Assembly: GCA_964016885.1 (NCBI GenBank)
Contig: OZ024743.1
Span: 239,878,001-239,942,000, forward strand
Source: Eledone cirrhosa
Taxonomy: Eukaryota
DNA length: 64,000 nucleotides
Direction of reading: 5' to 3'
Shown here: one piece after another, positions 14,418 to 26,534 of the stretch
Layout of the letters: the number at the start of each line of letters is the position of its first letter
How positions within the stretch are numbered: position 1 is the stretch's first letter
Program-made: the position numbers and the translations under genes
Notes under the pieces: generated by a model
The model's input: the letters and a program-made list of their open reading frames with translations, nothing else
Database searches by the model: none
What the model was told of the DNA's origin: nothing

Positions 14418-14626
14418 TTTATATTTATTAAAATAACAGATTAAAGTTTAAGCAAAGAATCTCTGCTTTCACCCTTAACGGGATCTTAAGAGTGAAAGCA
14501 GCGATTATTTGCTTAAACTTTAATCTGCTATTTTAATAAATATTTGCTCTAGGATTCTTATATATTTGATATATATTTATCCTTATCGAGCCCTCTTTGG
14601 ATTTTACTCTTCAAATTTATTATTAT

Positions 14627-14630
<4 letters not shown>
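14418..14630. mobile_element. Fold-back non-coding element, family C (other copies 26905-27146, 27310-27540, and inside Helitrons at 35241-35500 and 63470-63590)
   Basis: ATTTATTAAAATAACAGATTAAAGTTTAAGCAAAGAATC..GCTTTCACCCTTAA and its reverse complement flank a 7-nt loop at about 14480. One arm is extended, and the element is flanked by TA-rich tracts. Confidence 0.75.
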
Positions 14631-14661
<31 letters not shown>

Positions 14662-14689
14662 AACACATATATGTATGATGGCCTAATTG

Positions 14690-15390
14690 TAGACCTATGG
14701 AATCTACTCAAAGTCCACATGGTTCTAAGAGATTTCTGTATAGAAACGGGTCGCAGGAATAGGAAATATCAGCTTTAGTGCCAATACCCAAGAAAGGTAA
14801 CTTCCTCAATTGCACCAACTATAAATGTATCAGTCTTTCAGTAAGTGAATGTCATCATATACCTTGGCAGTTTCCTGAACACAGAGCACAATATGGACGC
14901 CAGCAGAGACAAAACAACTCCATATCAAACGGGTCGGTATCTCTCACCAAGAAAACAATTATGAGGTTATTCAAGGCAAGGGTTGAGTTCATTATTCTCT
15001 ATGGATATGGGTGATGGACACTAACAAAAATTCATAAAGAACATTAATTCTACATTAACGCAGATGCCGAGAAAGATCCAGAAATAATCCTGGAAAACAA
15101 ACATAACAACTAAATCGTTCTACAGTTCACACTCTCACCTCTCTGACATCATAAATGGTAAGAGGCTCACATTAGACGGACATGTGAAACGTCACAATGA
15201 CACGGAGTGCAGAGATATTTTCTGGAAAATTGATGTGTGCAGACAAGTTTGGAGACAAACCATCGCAGTGAAGGGTGTTCTTAAAGATGACACCAGGCTG
15301 GAGGCAGAGAACATTCAGAGAACAATGTTGAACAGGGTCAGCGGAAGGAGAAAATTCGCCATGAGACCGGTTACGGATGTAAAGAATATA
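14690..15390 (+). mobile_element. Decayed, internally deleted RTE-like LINE fragment
   Basis: VPIPKKGNFLNCTNYKCISL (RT N-terminal motif) is joined to IMRLFKARVEFIILYGYG.WTLTK (post-RT region). Confidence 0.6.
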
Positions 15391-15489
15391 TAAACACACA
15401 AATACTATACGCACACAAACACACACATATACACACGCACACACGCACACAGACACACATACACATATATATATATGTATATATATATA

Positions 15490-16074
15490 GCGGCGATGAA
15501 TTAGTTTAGCGAGGTTTTTTATATGAAATCGTGTGTCGAAACAGATATTGTTATACTTGGGGAGGGTCATATTTGCGTAATATTGCCAGAATTAATAACA
15601 GAACACACTCACTGTTTGGTTGGTTTTCGCTTCACGCTGTCTTTTATATCTGCGATCTAACTTACTCGGTCCTCAATGTTGCCATTGACTGACCGACGGT
15701 CAAAAATAATACAGATACAATATAGACACAAACACATATATATAGTTTACATAATTTACATAAATCTTTCGTTGCACATCTGCAACATCGTCAGTGGTGT
15801 TATATTTACACCAATATAACACCACTGACGATGTTGCAGATGTGCAACGAAAGATTTATGTAAATTATGCAAACTATATATATGTGTTTGTGTCTATATT
15901 GTATCTGTATTATTTTTGACCGTCGGTCAGTCAATGGCAACATTGAGGACCGATTAAGTTAGATCGCAGATATAAAAGACAGCGAGAAGCGAAAACCAAC
16001 CAAACAGTGAGTGTGTTCTGTTATTAATTCTGGCAATATTACGCAAATATGACCCTCCCCAAGTATAACAATAT
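15490..16074. mobile_element. Fold-back element, family A: arms of about 260 bp, 6-nt loop, degenerate HHR in each arm, inserted in (TA)n
   Basis: 15545-15806 is the near-perfect reverse complement of 15813-16074. CTGACGA-tgttgcagatgtgcaac-GAAA-gatt-TA at 15825-15858, with imperfect stem I. Confidence 0.85.
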
Positions 16075-16098
16075 ATATATATATATATATACCCATAT

Positions 16099-16189
<91 letters not shown>

Positions 16190-16268
16190 TATATACCCAT
16201 ATACATATCCATATATATATATACATATATATATATACATATGCATATATATATACATATATATATAA

Positions 16269-16335
<67 letters not shown>

Positions 16336-16360
16336 TATATATATATATATATATATATAG

Positions 16361-16650
16361 CTAGGGAGTGTAACGTGCAGTTACTCGTCTGTAACGGGTT
16401 GTAGAGCTAAACAGAGTGTAAAGATAATAATAAAAGGACTTTTTGTTATGGCTTCATTACGTTCATTGAGTGGTGACGAGCGTTTCGCTATTGATCAGTT
16501 CAAGGTTCGATGCGTATCGATCTAGCCCGACTCTGGAATCAAAAGCTCGTCGGACGTCTGATGTAGTAATGACATTCCCACATCAAAACGCGCGTCACCA
16601 CTCAATATACATAATGAAGACATAACAAATTTTCCTTCTATTATAATTGA
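16361..16650. mobile_element. Fold-back non-coding element with a variant HHR
   Basis: TTTGTTATGGCTTCATTACGTTCATTGAGTGGTGACGAGCGTTT (16442-16485) is a diverged inverted repeat of AAACGCGCGTCACCACTCAATATACATAATGAAGACATAACAAA (16586-16629). Starts at a (TA)n tract. Confidence 0.7.
16471..16557 (-). ncRNA. Type I hammerhead ribozyme motif with CCGACGA core
   Basis: Minus strand: cgt-CCGACGA-gcttttgatt...gatcaatagc-GAAA-cgctcg-TC-acc. The other arm shows loop III as palindromic CGCGCG. Stem I is short. Confidence 0.6.
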
Positions 16651-16666
16651 TTACTTTATTATTATT

Positions 16667-17109
16667 GTTCTTTGAATCTCAGTCATTGATGTTATTTAAC
16701 TGGAAAGTTTCTTGAAATGCAGCTTCAGTCATTCAAGACGTATCGGAGGGTTCTTGCTGTTCCCAGAAAGTATGCCTTTTGAAGTGTTCCAAAAAGCGGA
16801 GCTGGACTAATCTTCTTTAACCATCCTTGGAAACTCTTTGAGATAGTATCTAGTGCGCCTATGACAATCGGGACGACCTTGATTTCATGGCAGTTCCAAA
16901 TCCGTTTAACTCCCACTTTAAATCCTGGTATCGGTTAATTTTCTCTCTCTCCTTTTCTTGCACTCTCGTGTCAAATGGGCAGGCTACATCTACAATCAGG
17001 CACGATCTTTTTTCCTTGTCCAAAACCACCAGGTTGGCCTATTGTGTTCTTACTTCTTGTCCGTCTGTATCCTAAAATCCCATAGCACCTTCACCTGATC
17101 GTTTTCTAT
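16667..17109 (-). mobile_element. 5'-truncated R4/Dong-clade LINE 3' fragment (RLE endonuclease end) with (TAA)n tail
   Basis: Minus strand IVDVACPFDTRVQEKE...VKRIWNCHEIKVVPIVIGALDTISKSFQGWLKK..LQKAYFLGTARTLRYVL. Paralogous to 18214-18670. TTA repeats at 16656-16666. Confidence 0.85.
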
Positions 17110-17116
17110 TATCCAC

Positions 17117-18213
17117 CTCTTCCGGAGAACTTTCAGCCCAGGGCCTATGGATAACTTCCAAAAATCCCTGGCCTGGCAGTGTTACCGGGAGCACTGCCGG
17201 TTCGAGATAAGCTCTACAGGCACGGAAGTGCCGTCAGCCGAGCCTGTCCGAGATGCGCGCAGAACGACGAAACCGTCGTGCACGCATTCGTTCAGTGCCC
17301 GAGCATTGCTGACTTGTGGAGCTATGTCGAACAGTTGCTGTTGTGTGTAGGACTGATCCCGTATTCGACTGAGTCCATTGTGCAGATGGTCTCGCCGTCT
17401 TCCTTCGAGGAGGGTGGGCAGGCGGTTTTCATCTACCTGGTGGCCATGGCGAAAGAGATTGTGTGATGGACAAGGTTGAAAGGGTTAAAGACAGACACTT
17501 TCCTCTTCGACGAATCCCTGATTAACATTTTCAAGTTTCACTTGAAGAGGCAAGGGCAGCCTTCTAGCAAGTTTGTTGAAAGGTGAGTGAATGTAGCGAG
17601 AATGAACCGAGTGAACGGGACCGCTCTGAATATACGCTTGTAGTGTGAGGAATGGAAAAAAATTGAGAGGGGGCGCTTGCCCTGGAGGTCAGGGTGGCCG
17701 TGGTCTTTTGTGTGGTTTTCGCCACGAGTAACCCTCGGAGGTTTCCCCTCTAATGGGGATTTTTTCATTGTTTTAATTTTCATTTTTATTGTTTATATAT
17801 ATATATGTTTCTATGTCTTTTTTCTTTTTCGTTTCTTATATAAATAATTGTTTCTACTTTTGGCACAAGGCCAGCAATTATACCAGTGCATTACTGGTAC
17901 TTTATTTTATCGATCCCGTAAGGATGAAAGGCAAAGTTAACCTCGGCAGGATTTGAACTCAGATAATAAAGGGAGGTAACTCTATGCTTCAAAGCATGGC
18001 GCCCGACCCTCTACCGATACTGCCAATCCATCGCAATTTTTCTTATATAAATAATAAAAATGTTTCTTATATAAATAATAAAAATCTTTACACGCACAAA
18101 ACCCACATCGTACCGTCCTGTACAGTCCTGTGCCGTCTGTAATGTTTTTCTTGATCTCAGCCCTTGTGGCCAATAAAGAAATCATCATTATTATTATTAT
18201 TATTATTATTATT
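17117..18213 (+). mobile_element. 5'-truncated, decayed Tx1 family B copy with (ATT)n tail, interrupted by a SINE
   Basis: Highly similar to 218-1090 (CTCTTCCGGAGAACTTTCAGCCCAGGGCCTATGGATAACTTCC...), with in-frame stops. Ends GCCCTTGTGGCCAATAAAGAAATCATC(ATT)n. Confidence 0.9.
17849..18035 (-). mobile_element. tRNA-derived SINE (family 1) inserted in the Tx1 3' UTR with target-site duplication
   Basis: Minus strand TGGCAGTATCGGTAGAGGG (A box) ... TGAGTTCAAATCC (B box) ... GGCCTTGTGCCAAAAGTAGAAAC. TTTCTTATATAAATAAT is duplicated at about 17832 and 18039. Confidence 0.85.
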
Positions 18214-21200
18214 GTTCTTTGAGTCTCAGTCATTGATGTTATTTAACTGAAAAGTTTGTTGAAATGTATATCAAGCCGCTTACCTGCAGCCTCAGATATT
18301 CAGGATGTATAGGAGGGTTCTTGCTGTTCCCAGCAAGTATGCCTTTTGAAGTGTTTCAAAAAGCGGGGCTGGACAAACTTTCTTTAACCATCCTTGGAAA
18401 CTCTTTGAGATAGTACCTAGTGCGCCTATGACAATCGGGATGTCTCTGATTTCATGGCAGTTCCAAATACTTTTTACCTCCCACTTTAACTCCTGGTATC
18501 GATTAATTTTCTCCTTCTCCTTTTCTTGCACTCTCGTGTCAAATGGGCAGGCCACATCTACAATCAGGCACGATCTTTTTTCCTTGTCCAAAACCACCAG
18601 GTCAGGCCTATTGTGTTCCAGTTTCTTATCCGTCTATATCCCACAGCACCTTCACCTGATCGTTTTCTATCACCGACTTTGGCTTATGCTCATACCACTT
18701 CTCAGAATACCTTGCATAGGTGCCAGTGGATCACCCTGCCCATCACATCATCTCTCCAGCCTTTATAGTGAGTCTGGGCTAGGTGTTTACACTCGGATAC
18801 AATGTGAGCCACAGTCTCCTCTCTCTACAGATCCTACACAGTGGGCTAGCCTCCTCCTTGTAAATATGGTGTTTCACCCACTTCGTTTTGAGTGCCTGCT
18901 CTTGCGCAGCCATTAGCATTCCTTCTGTAACCCTTTTAACGTCCCCTATTTTTAACCAGTTCCATGTCTGTGGATCTCTAAATTCAGTTTTCTCAAAGAA
19001 GGTACTATGAAGGGATTTTTCATGAAGGTTGGTCTTCTTCCTTGTTATTTCCTCCTTGGACATCCCCTGGTCTATTGTCTTCTACTTCAGTACAATTCTG
19101 AGCATTGGCTCCCTACTGTCGGTCACGTATTTGTGCAGGTTGTTTTTCTCCATCTGAACACAGTCATCTATGCTGATAAGACCTCTTCCACCTTCAGATC
19201 TCTTTAAGTAGAGTCTATCGACATCACTCCTCTTGTGGAACATGTTGTAGATAGTCAATAGCTTCCTAGTCTTCCTATCCATTTCTTTTTGTTCAGCAAC
19301 ATTCTATTTCAGAATTCCCGCACTGTACATAATAATAGACACAGCTCGAGAATTCACTGCACTTATGACATCCCTACTATTTAGACGTGATTTTAATACG
19401 CTCCTTACTCTCCTAATGTACTCAGATCTTATCAATTCCTTCATTTTTTTGTTCTTGATGTCATCTGCCTCCAGAACACCTAAATATTTGTATCCTTCTT
19501 CAGTGTCAATTTCCTTTATCATCTCACCTGTTGGTACCTGGATTCCGTTGCTTCTGCTCAATTTACCCCTCTTCATCACTAGGACTCCACACTTATTAAT
19601 ACCAAATTCCATACATATATCATTGCTGAAAATTCGAACAGTGTCAACAAGTACATCCAACTCATTCTCACTCTTCCCAAAGAGTTTAAGATCGTCCATG
19701 AAGAAGAGGTGGTTGATGGTAAGCTCTCCTTTTCCCAACTTGTATCCTGCTCTCACTTCTCGCAGTATAATGGTCAGGGGTATCAGAGCAAGGAAAAACA
19801 ACAGAGGGGTCAGACTATCTCCCTGTAAGATACCTCTCTTGATCTTCCCGCCTCCCAAGGATTCTACACCCGATGTTAATTCTGTTTTCCAGGACTTCAT
19901 ACTTTTGCTCAACAACTGTCTGATGTTATCTACCTCCTTGAAGATCTCTAGGCTTTTGGTTATCCACGAATGAGGTACCATCTCGAATGCCTTTTTGTAG
20001 TCTATCCATCCCATGGCAAGACCAGTGTGTCTCCTCTTGCAATTCCTCATTACCATCTTATCAATAAGTAGCTGGTCTTTTGTACCACGGGACTTCTTTC
20101 GGCATATTTTCTGTTCGTCCGGTAACAAGTTGTTTGTGTGGAGGTGATGGTAGATTTCCTCAGACACAATGCTTGTTAACAGTTTCCACATTACGGACAG
20201 ACATGTGATAGGTCTATAGTTGGTAACATCATTACCCTTGATTGGGTCTTTCATTACCAGGACTGTGGTACCCTTTGTCAACCACTCTGGTACCTCACCC
20301 GACATCAAGTAGTCATTGAACATGGTTGTCAGTTTCGGGTGGAAGGATGTTATATTTTTAATCCAATACCCATGCACACCATTTGGGCCTGGTGATTTCC
20401 AGTTGGTTAGTTTTCTGGCCTGCCCCTTAAGAGTTTCAACTGTGATACTTAAATCAGTTTGAGGGTGTGCTTGTTCACTAATCTCCTTTTGTACTGTCTA
20501 AATCCACACCGCCTGATCATTATGTTCAACATCCTACTCCCATATTCCTCTCCATAATGTTTTAGTCTGTCCGCCTCAGGGATCAAGTCGTTGCCTCTTT
20601 CTTTCCCTTCAAGCCGCCCAAACAACATCTTCTGGTTGTTGTCAAACATGCGGTTCTGCCTATACTGACTGACTCTGCTCTCATACCGCCTAATCTTTGC
20701 ACTCTTTGCTACAATGCGTTGCTTCAGTTCCTCTATGATAATATTTAGCTTTTTCCTCCTAGTTTTGTACTTTATTTCCAGTTTATTTTTAGTGTCTATG
20801 TTTTTTAGTGTCCCATTCAGTAGGGACTCAAGCTTTCCAGTGTCATTTCTCATTTCCCTGATTTGACCATTCAGTCGTTTCTTCCACCAAGGTTCTGATC
20901 TTTCTTGTTTGTTGTTTCCTCTCGTTTTTATGTCAAGTAATTTCCTCACCGCATTTGCTGTTGCTTTGAGGATATTGTTGCATTGGTGAAGGTTCCTCGC
21001 CTCAAGGTATGGGATGACTTTGTTTACCTTAGCTGTTGTTTCTTTTAACTTTTTCCTGTCTACAAATCTTAGGTTCATAGGCTTCCCACTATCATTGTTC
21101 ATTTCATCTACCACTAAGTTTAGGATATCAACCAAATCTTGTCCTAGCCCGTCAGTATTCGTTTCCTCAATGGCCGCATCTTTGTTCCAGATGTTATCTA

Positions 21201-21510
21201 TGTCAGCATTCAGATCATTGTCTGCTTCGGATGCTTCCTCCGGTCTCTCAACCTCTTCACCTTCATTTCCCACTGGCTCGTTTGCCTGGCATACTCCCTC
21301 TCCATTTCCAACCTAATCTCTCTGCTCAGCTCCTCCAGTTCTAACTCGCTTATCCATCCATTAGTTCTTATTACCCGGGCCTGCCCGGCCAATTTTTGCT
21401 CATCTAATTTAAATAGACCAATCTCGTTCCAGATGTTATGCATCCATTTTCTATAGCCTTTTTCCTTGGGGTTACTCTTCAGTTAACATTGCATAACAGT
21501 TCTATTCATA
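18214..21510 (-). pseudogene. Near full-length decayed R4/Dong-clade non-LTR retrotransposon (RT, CCHC and restriction-like endonuclease)
   Basis: Broken ORFs 21443-21210, 21273-20449 (EPWWKKRL), 20377-19304 (NYRPITCL, IDYKKAFEMVPH, QGDSLTP, FFMDDLKL, YKYLGV), 19282-19082 (DVDRLYLKRSEGGRGL), CRIC..ETVAHIVSEC, and 18597-18292 (IVDVACPFD..EKEKEKINRY). The 3' end abuts (TAA)n. Confidence 0.9.
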
Positions 21511-21532
21511 GGTTTATTAGTAGAATATAAGA

Positions 21533-21775
21533 TTACACCAAAACACATCAACGCAGAGACAGACTCCATCAAGTTCAAGAAGTCTTTGTATAAGTTCCTT
21601 CAAGAAATCCCGGATAAGCCTCCTACACCCGGATATGCCTCCGTAAACAATAACTCTCTGCTCGAGTGGGCCATGGTGCCCAAACACTGATTTGTAAGAC
21701 TTCGCCAGGTGGTGCTATTAAGTTAGACATGGGCAGGGCCAATACTGGCCGAAACTTATCCAAGTTATCAAAGTT
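21533..21775 (+). mobile_element. Short 3' fragment of a CR1-group LINE
   Basis: Paralogous to 22462-22672 (AAGTTCAAGAAGTCTTTG..CCTTCAAGAAATCCCGGATAA..). Ends CCAAGTTATCAAAGTTA then (TA)n. Confidence 0.75.
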
Positions 21776-21819
21776 ATATATACATATATATATATATATT
21801 TATAAATATTTATATATAT

Positions 21820-22671
21820 CCAATGGGCGGAAAAGAACAAAATGCTGCAGAACGAAGATAAATTTGAGTTAATGCACTTTAGAAAAGAAGATGCCCTGAA
21901 AGTCTTATACTACCTTCCTTCAGGTGAAACTCTCGTGGCATCCAACAACATCAGAGACTTGGGAGTAATTGTGGACAACAACATAAGCTGTGCTACCCAT
22001 GTAAACCGCAAATTTTACATGGCCCGCAGAATGTTTTCCTGGATTCTCAGAACTTTCCAGTCAAGAGATATCCGCACCATTATCCTTCTCTTCTCCAGTT
22101 TTGCTCGACCCCACTTTGAATACTGTTGTCCACTGTGGTCTCCACACACGAAACAAAGTATCATGAAATTTGAAGCTCCTCAAAGGTTAATCACGAAAAT
22201 GATATACAGTATATCAGACCTTTACTATTGGGGTCGAATATCTTAAACTTTATTCTCTCCAACGCCGCCTTGAGCGCTACATCATCTGCATGATGTGGAA
22301 AATATTCCATCAGCATTGCCCAAATGATGTTGGCATCACCGCTAAGGTACACCCAAGGTTTGGGCCCCGTGCTATCCACCCACAACAAAAATCAAACTCG
22401 AATCTCATGACAACAATACAGCACAATTATGTCACCTCAATTGGTCCCGCTCTCTTTAACTTTAACACCAAAACATATTAAACATAAACAGACCCCATAA
22501 AGTTCAAGAAGTCTTTGGACAAATTCCTTCAAGAAATCCCGGATAAACCTCCAACACCCGGATATGTCTCCGTAAACAATAACTTCCTTGTTGTGCCTTC
22601 GCCAGGTGGTGCTATTAATTTAGAAAAGGCCTGGGCCAATACTGGCCAAAAGCTATCTAAATTATCAAAGT

Positions 22672-22672
<1 letters not shown>
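21820..22672 (+). mobile_element. 5'-truncated CR1-group LINE (post-RT region and 3' UTR)
   Basis: [72 protein letters not shown]. Bounded by (TA)n on both sides. Confidence 0.8.
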
Positions 22673-22709
<37 letters not shown>

Positions 22710-22734
22710 CATTCATATATGTATACATACATAC

Positions 22735-22813
<79 letters not shown>

Positions 22814-22859
22814 GGAATACTGTTGGCTTCTTGCTACAATACTTTCTATACCTTTCATT

Positions 22860-22891
<32 letters not shown>

Positions 22892-23049
22892 AAAACAGAC
22901 ATTAAAACAACAGCAGGCCGGACTGGAAGATTTGCTTTAAAATGTTAATTCCGTGGAAGCACTATATATATTTCCGGGGCCCAGCTCTATCAACCGATTA
23001 TGAAACAAGTCTAGGCGATTTCTTCAGACATTATTTGCAGCATTATGTA

Positions 23050-23310
23050 ACGTGAATTCCTATGTAACTTTATCTTTACTTTGTATTAGATAAAAGAATG
23101 GTATTCAACTAATGTAATGGTACGCGATGGGGCCCACACACAGCCCCGGCGGACAGAATGGAGAAGGCGTTTCCCCGGGGGACGGCAAGGGAGACGCGCT
23201 GGAAAAGCCACTCCAACTCGCGGGGCTCACACCTACGGCTGGCCAGCTCAGCGCCTATGGTGGTGAGTAAGGAGGTAGCCCTGGGGCCGAGGACACCAGA
23301 AGTTTCCACT
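23050..23310 (-). mobile_element. 3' fragment of a CRE-clade non-LTR retrotransposon (RLE C-terminus)
   Basis: ETSGVLGPRATSLLTTIG..REL.WLFQRVSLAVPRGNAFSIL matches the ET.G..G...FQR.S.A.QRGNA signature of CRE endonuclease C-termini. GC-rich relative to its flanks. Confidence 0.7.
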
Positions 23311-23492
23311 TGAATCGTAACATAGAAGAGAAGACAGGAGATAGAAACATTATTTTCTATCGCCTATCTTATATTAACGATAGATGCCCTTTTCTCTCTC
23401 CATATATATTTAAACTTATATATATATACACACACGCACACACACACACACACTCACGACACACACGCATACACACAAACATATATATATAT

Positions 23493-23680
23493 AACGAAGA
23501 AAGACGGGTAAGGAACCAGATGGAACCATAATGCACCAGAGTACTCAAAACTTAGGGTAGTAGAGTGAGTAATAGGAAAATGTATAACCCCGACGGCAGA
23601 GGTCAATCCGTTTTGACGACTATTTCTAGTGGGTGTGTGTAATTATATAAGTATATATATATATACACACACATAATTAC

Positions 23681-23723
<43 letters not shown>

Positions 23724-23931
23724 AACAAGTAAGACCCCGACGGCTGAGCTCAAGCCGTTTCGACGGCTAATTCTGTACGCACGGCTAATTCCGTACATAA
23801 TTAGCCGTCGAAACGGCTTGAGCTCAGCCGTCGGGGTCTTACTTGTTCCTATTACCCACTCTACTACCCTAAGTATTGAGTACTTTGGTGCGTTATGGTC
23901 CACCTGATTCCTTACCACATTTCCTTCGTTA
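23493..23931. mobile_element. Non-coding family B: single arm 23493-23635 and fold-back 23719-23931 (other copies 28259-28350, 35968-36221, 44322-44480)
   Basis: Shared sequence GTAAGGAACCAGGTGGACCATAA.GCACCAGAGTACTCAA.ACTTAGGGTAGTAGAGTGGGTAATAGGAA..GACCCCGACGGC.GAGCTCAAGCCGTTTCGACGGCT, present in both orientations around an apex. Ends in (TA)n. Confidence 0.8.
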
Positions 23932-23989
23932 TATATATATATATATATATATAATTACACACACTCACATATACATTCATATATGTATA

Positions 23990-24265
23990 CATGGTGGCTG
24001 CCAACTCGTTTTCGAGTACGGCTACTACTTTATAAACATGTAGGAGAACCCCTACCGATGCGCTGAACGAGTGTGACTTTTTAATCCAGCCAGCGACTTG
24101 AAAACTCTGGTACAAACACTACACCTGTGACAATTACTGACACATAGTGCTGGGCCCATTGTACCCTGTGACAAGTGCAGAGAGATTCCAGATATAAAGC
24201 AATGCCTGTGCCATGAAGCTTTTAAAGTGAGCAAAGGCACTGCACAAAGCCAGTCCCACTCTTTT
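23990..24265 (-). mobile_element. 3' end fragment of an RTE-type LINE with terminal C2H2 zinc finger
   Basis: Minus-strand ORF ends HRCSVCTRVFKSLAGLKSHTRSAHR*. Confidence 0.55.
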
Positions 24266-24436
24266 AACCAAGATGTTTATATGTATACATACATATACAC
24301 ATACAACACATATACACGTATACATATAGATATACTTATATGTATATATATACATATATATATGTGTTCACATACGTATATATTTATAAGTGTATATATC
24401 CATATACTATAGATACACTAATACAATCACACACAC

Positions 24437-24495
<59 letters not shown>

Positions 24496-24499
<4 letters not shown>

Positions 24500-24770
24500 T
24501 AAAGGTTAAACAAGGTTCAATGAATAAATCAAGGAATGAGTTTACAATAGATTGGAAGCACTCAACACAAATGGTTTTCCGAAGTTATTAATATTAATTC
24601 AAAATATTAACAAAGTAGATATTCTTGTGATCAAGTATATTTTATTATACATCTTATTTTATCTGATTAGGACGTACTGTTGAAGTTAACTCAGTACCTC
24701 TGAAATATGTATAATAAAATATACTTGATCACAAGAATATCTACTTTGTTAATATTTTGAATTAATATAT
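24496..24770. mobile_element. Fold-back non-coding element: arms of about 65 bp, spacer of about 55 bp, one arm extended, between (TA)n tracts
   Basis: ATATTAATTCAAAATATTAACAAAGTAGATATTCTTGTGATCAAGTATATTTTATTATACAT (24591-24652) is the reverse complement of 24707-24768. Confidence 0.75.
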
Positions 24771-24785
24771 ATATATATGTATATA

Positions 24786-24849
<64 letters not shown>

Positions 24850-24858
<9 letters not shown>

Positions 24859-25406
24859 ATACTTTGGGAGGGTCATGTTGCCAATAAGAAACACACGCAC
24901 CAGTTGCTTTCACTTCAATTTAATTTATTAAATATTTATAAATTTACAAATTTATAAATTTCTGGTTGGTTGGTTGGTTCCACAACCAGATAGTTGTTTA
25001 TATATATATAGTCATAGTTCTTTCGTCACACACTCTGTGACCTCTTCAGTGACTGGGGATTTCTTTCTTCGTTTCTGTGCCTTTCCTTTCTTCTATCCTA
25101 CGCTAGGATAGAAGAAAGGAAAGGCACAGAAACGAAGAAAGAAATCCCCAGTCACTGAAGAGGTCACAGAGTGTGTGACGAAAGAACTATGACTATATAT
25201 ATATAAACAACTATCTGGTTGTGGAACCAACCAACCAGAAATTTATAAATTTGTAAATTTATAAATATTTAATAAATTAAATTGAAGTGAAAGCAACTGG
25301 TGCGTGTGTTTCTTATTGGCAACATGACCCTCCCAAAGTATAACAATATCGGTTTCAACACACGATTTCAGATAAAGAATCTTACTAAACAAATTCAGAA
25401 ACGAAA
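24850..25406. mobile_element. Fold-back element, family A: near-perfect arms of about 250 bp, 3-nt loop, inserted in (TA)n
   Basis: 24851-25100 is the reverse complement of 25104-25349; the only difference I saw is one GGTT unit. Termini are homologous to 15490-16074. Confidence 0.9.
25150..25194 (+). ncRNA. Minimal type I hammerhead ribozyme (mirror copy on the minus strand at about 25010-25054)
   Basis: agtca-CTGAAGA-g-gtcaca-gagtg-tgtgac-GAAA-gaac-TA-tgact: 5-bp stem I, 6-bp stem II, intact core. Confidence 0.75.
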
Positions 25407-25436
25407 TATATATATATATATATATATATAAATATG

Positions 25437-25505
<69 letters not shown>

Positions 25506-25507
<2 letters not shown>

Positions 25508-25640
25508 TGATGAGTTCTCCCGAATGAAACAGTTCTAGTCCTGTAGAAGCCATTTCCATATTAAATATTTATACTCTTCTACGTATTGAGTACCTTACTT
25601 ACTGCGGTTACCCCTGATTGAATCCGGGATAAACTTATAT
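25506..25640 (+). mobile_element. Non-coding family D single arm (other copies 26440-26513 minus, 43285-43492 fold-back, 54975-55115 minus)
   Basis: CTGATGA-gttctcccgaat-GAAA-CAGTTCTAGTCCTGTAGAA...TATACTCT.CTA.GTATTGAGTA.CTTA.TTACTG.GGTTACC, embedded in (TA)n. Confidence 0.7.
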
Positions 25641-25680
25641 GTATGTATATACATATATATATACAAATATATATATATAC

Positions 25681-25764
<84 letters not shown>

Positions 25765-25855
25765 ATATGCATATATATATATATATACATATATATATAC
25801 ATACATATATATATAGGTATATATATATAGGTATATATATATATGTATATACATA

Positions 25856-26190
<335 letters not shown>

Positions 26191-26534
26191 TTTCTATATA
26201 TATATATATATATTAGAAAGTGAGGTTTTTTTTACAACAGGAAAAATAACCGAGGTGTCCTACACGAATGAAAGTATAAAGAAAAAAATATGAAATCGAA
26301 AATACAACTGGAGTCTTATTTTTTAAAAAATATATATATTTATTTGGTTCCTTTACCGGTTTCGCAGTTCTTCGGCTTTTCAAAAGTAGAGTTGAGATGG
26401 AGGTTCTGTGGTTTTCTCACACATATATATAAGTTTATACTGGGTTCAATCGGGGTTAACCGCAGTAAGTAAGGCACTCAATACGTAGCAGAGTATAAAT
26501 ATTTAATATGGAATATATATATATATATATATAG

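Noticed and set aside
22985-23035. Minus-strand CTGAAGA-aatcg...cggtt-GATA as a hammerhead
   Set aside because: GAAA is altered and there is no stem I complement.
23800-23830. Family B AGCCGTC-GAAA-CGGCTTG as a hammerhead
   Set aside because: The upstream core is absent in all copies here because the apex falls before it, so the fold cannot be supported.
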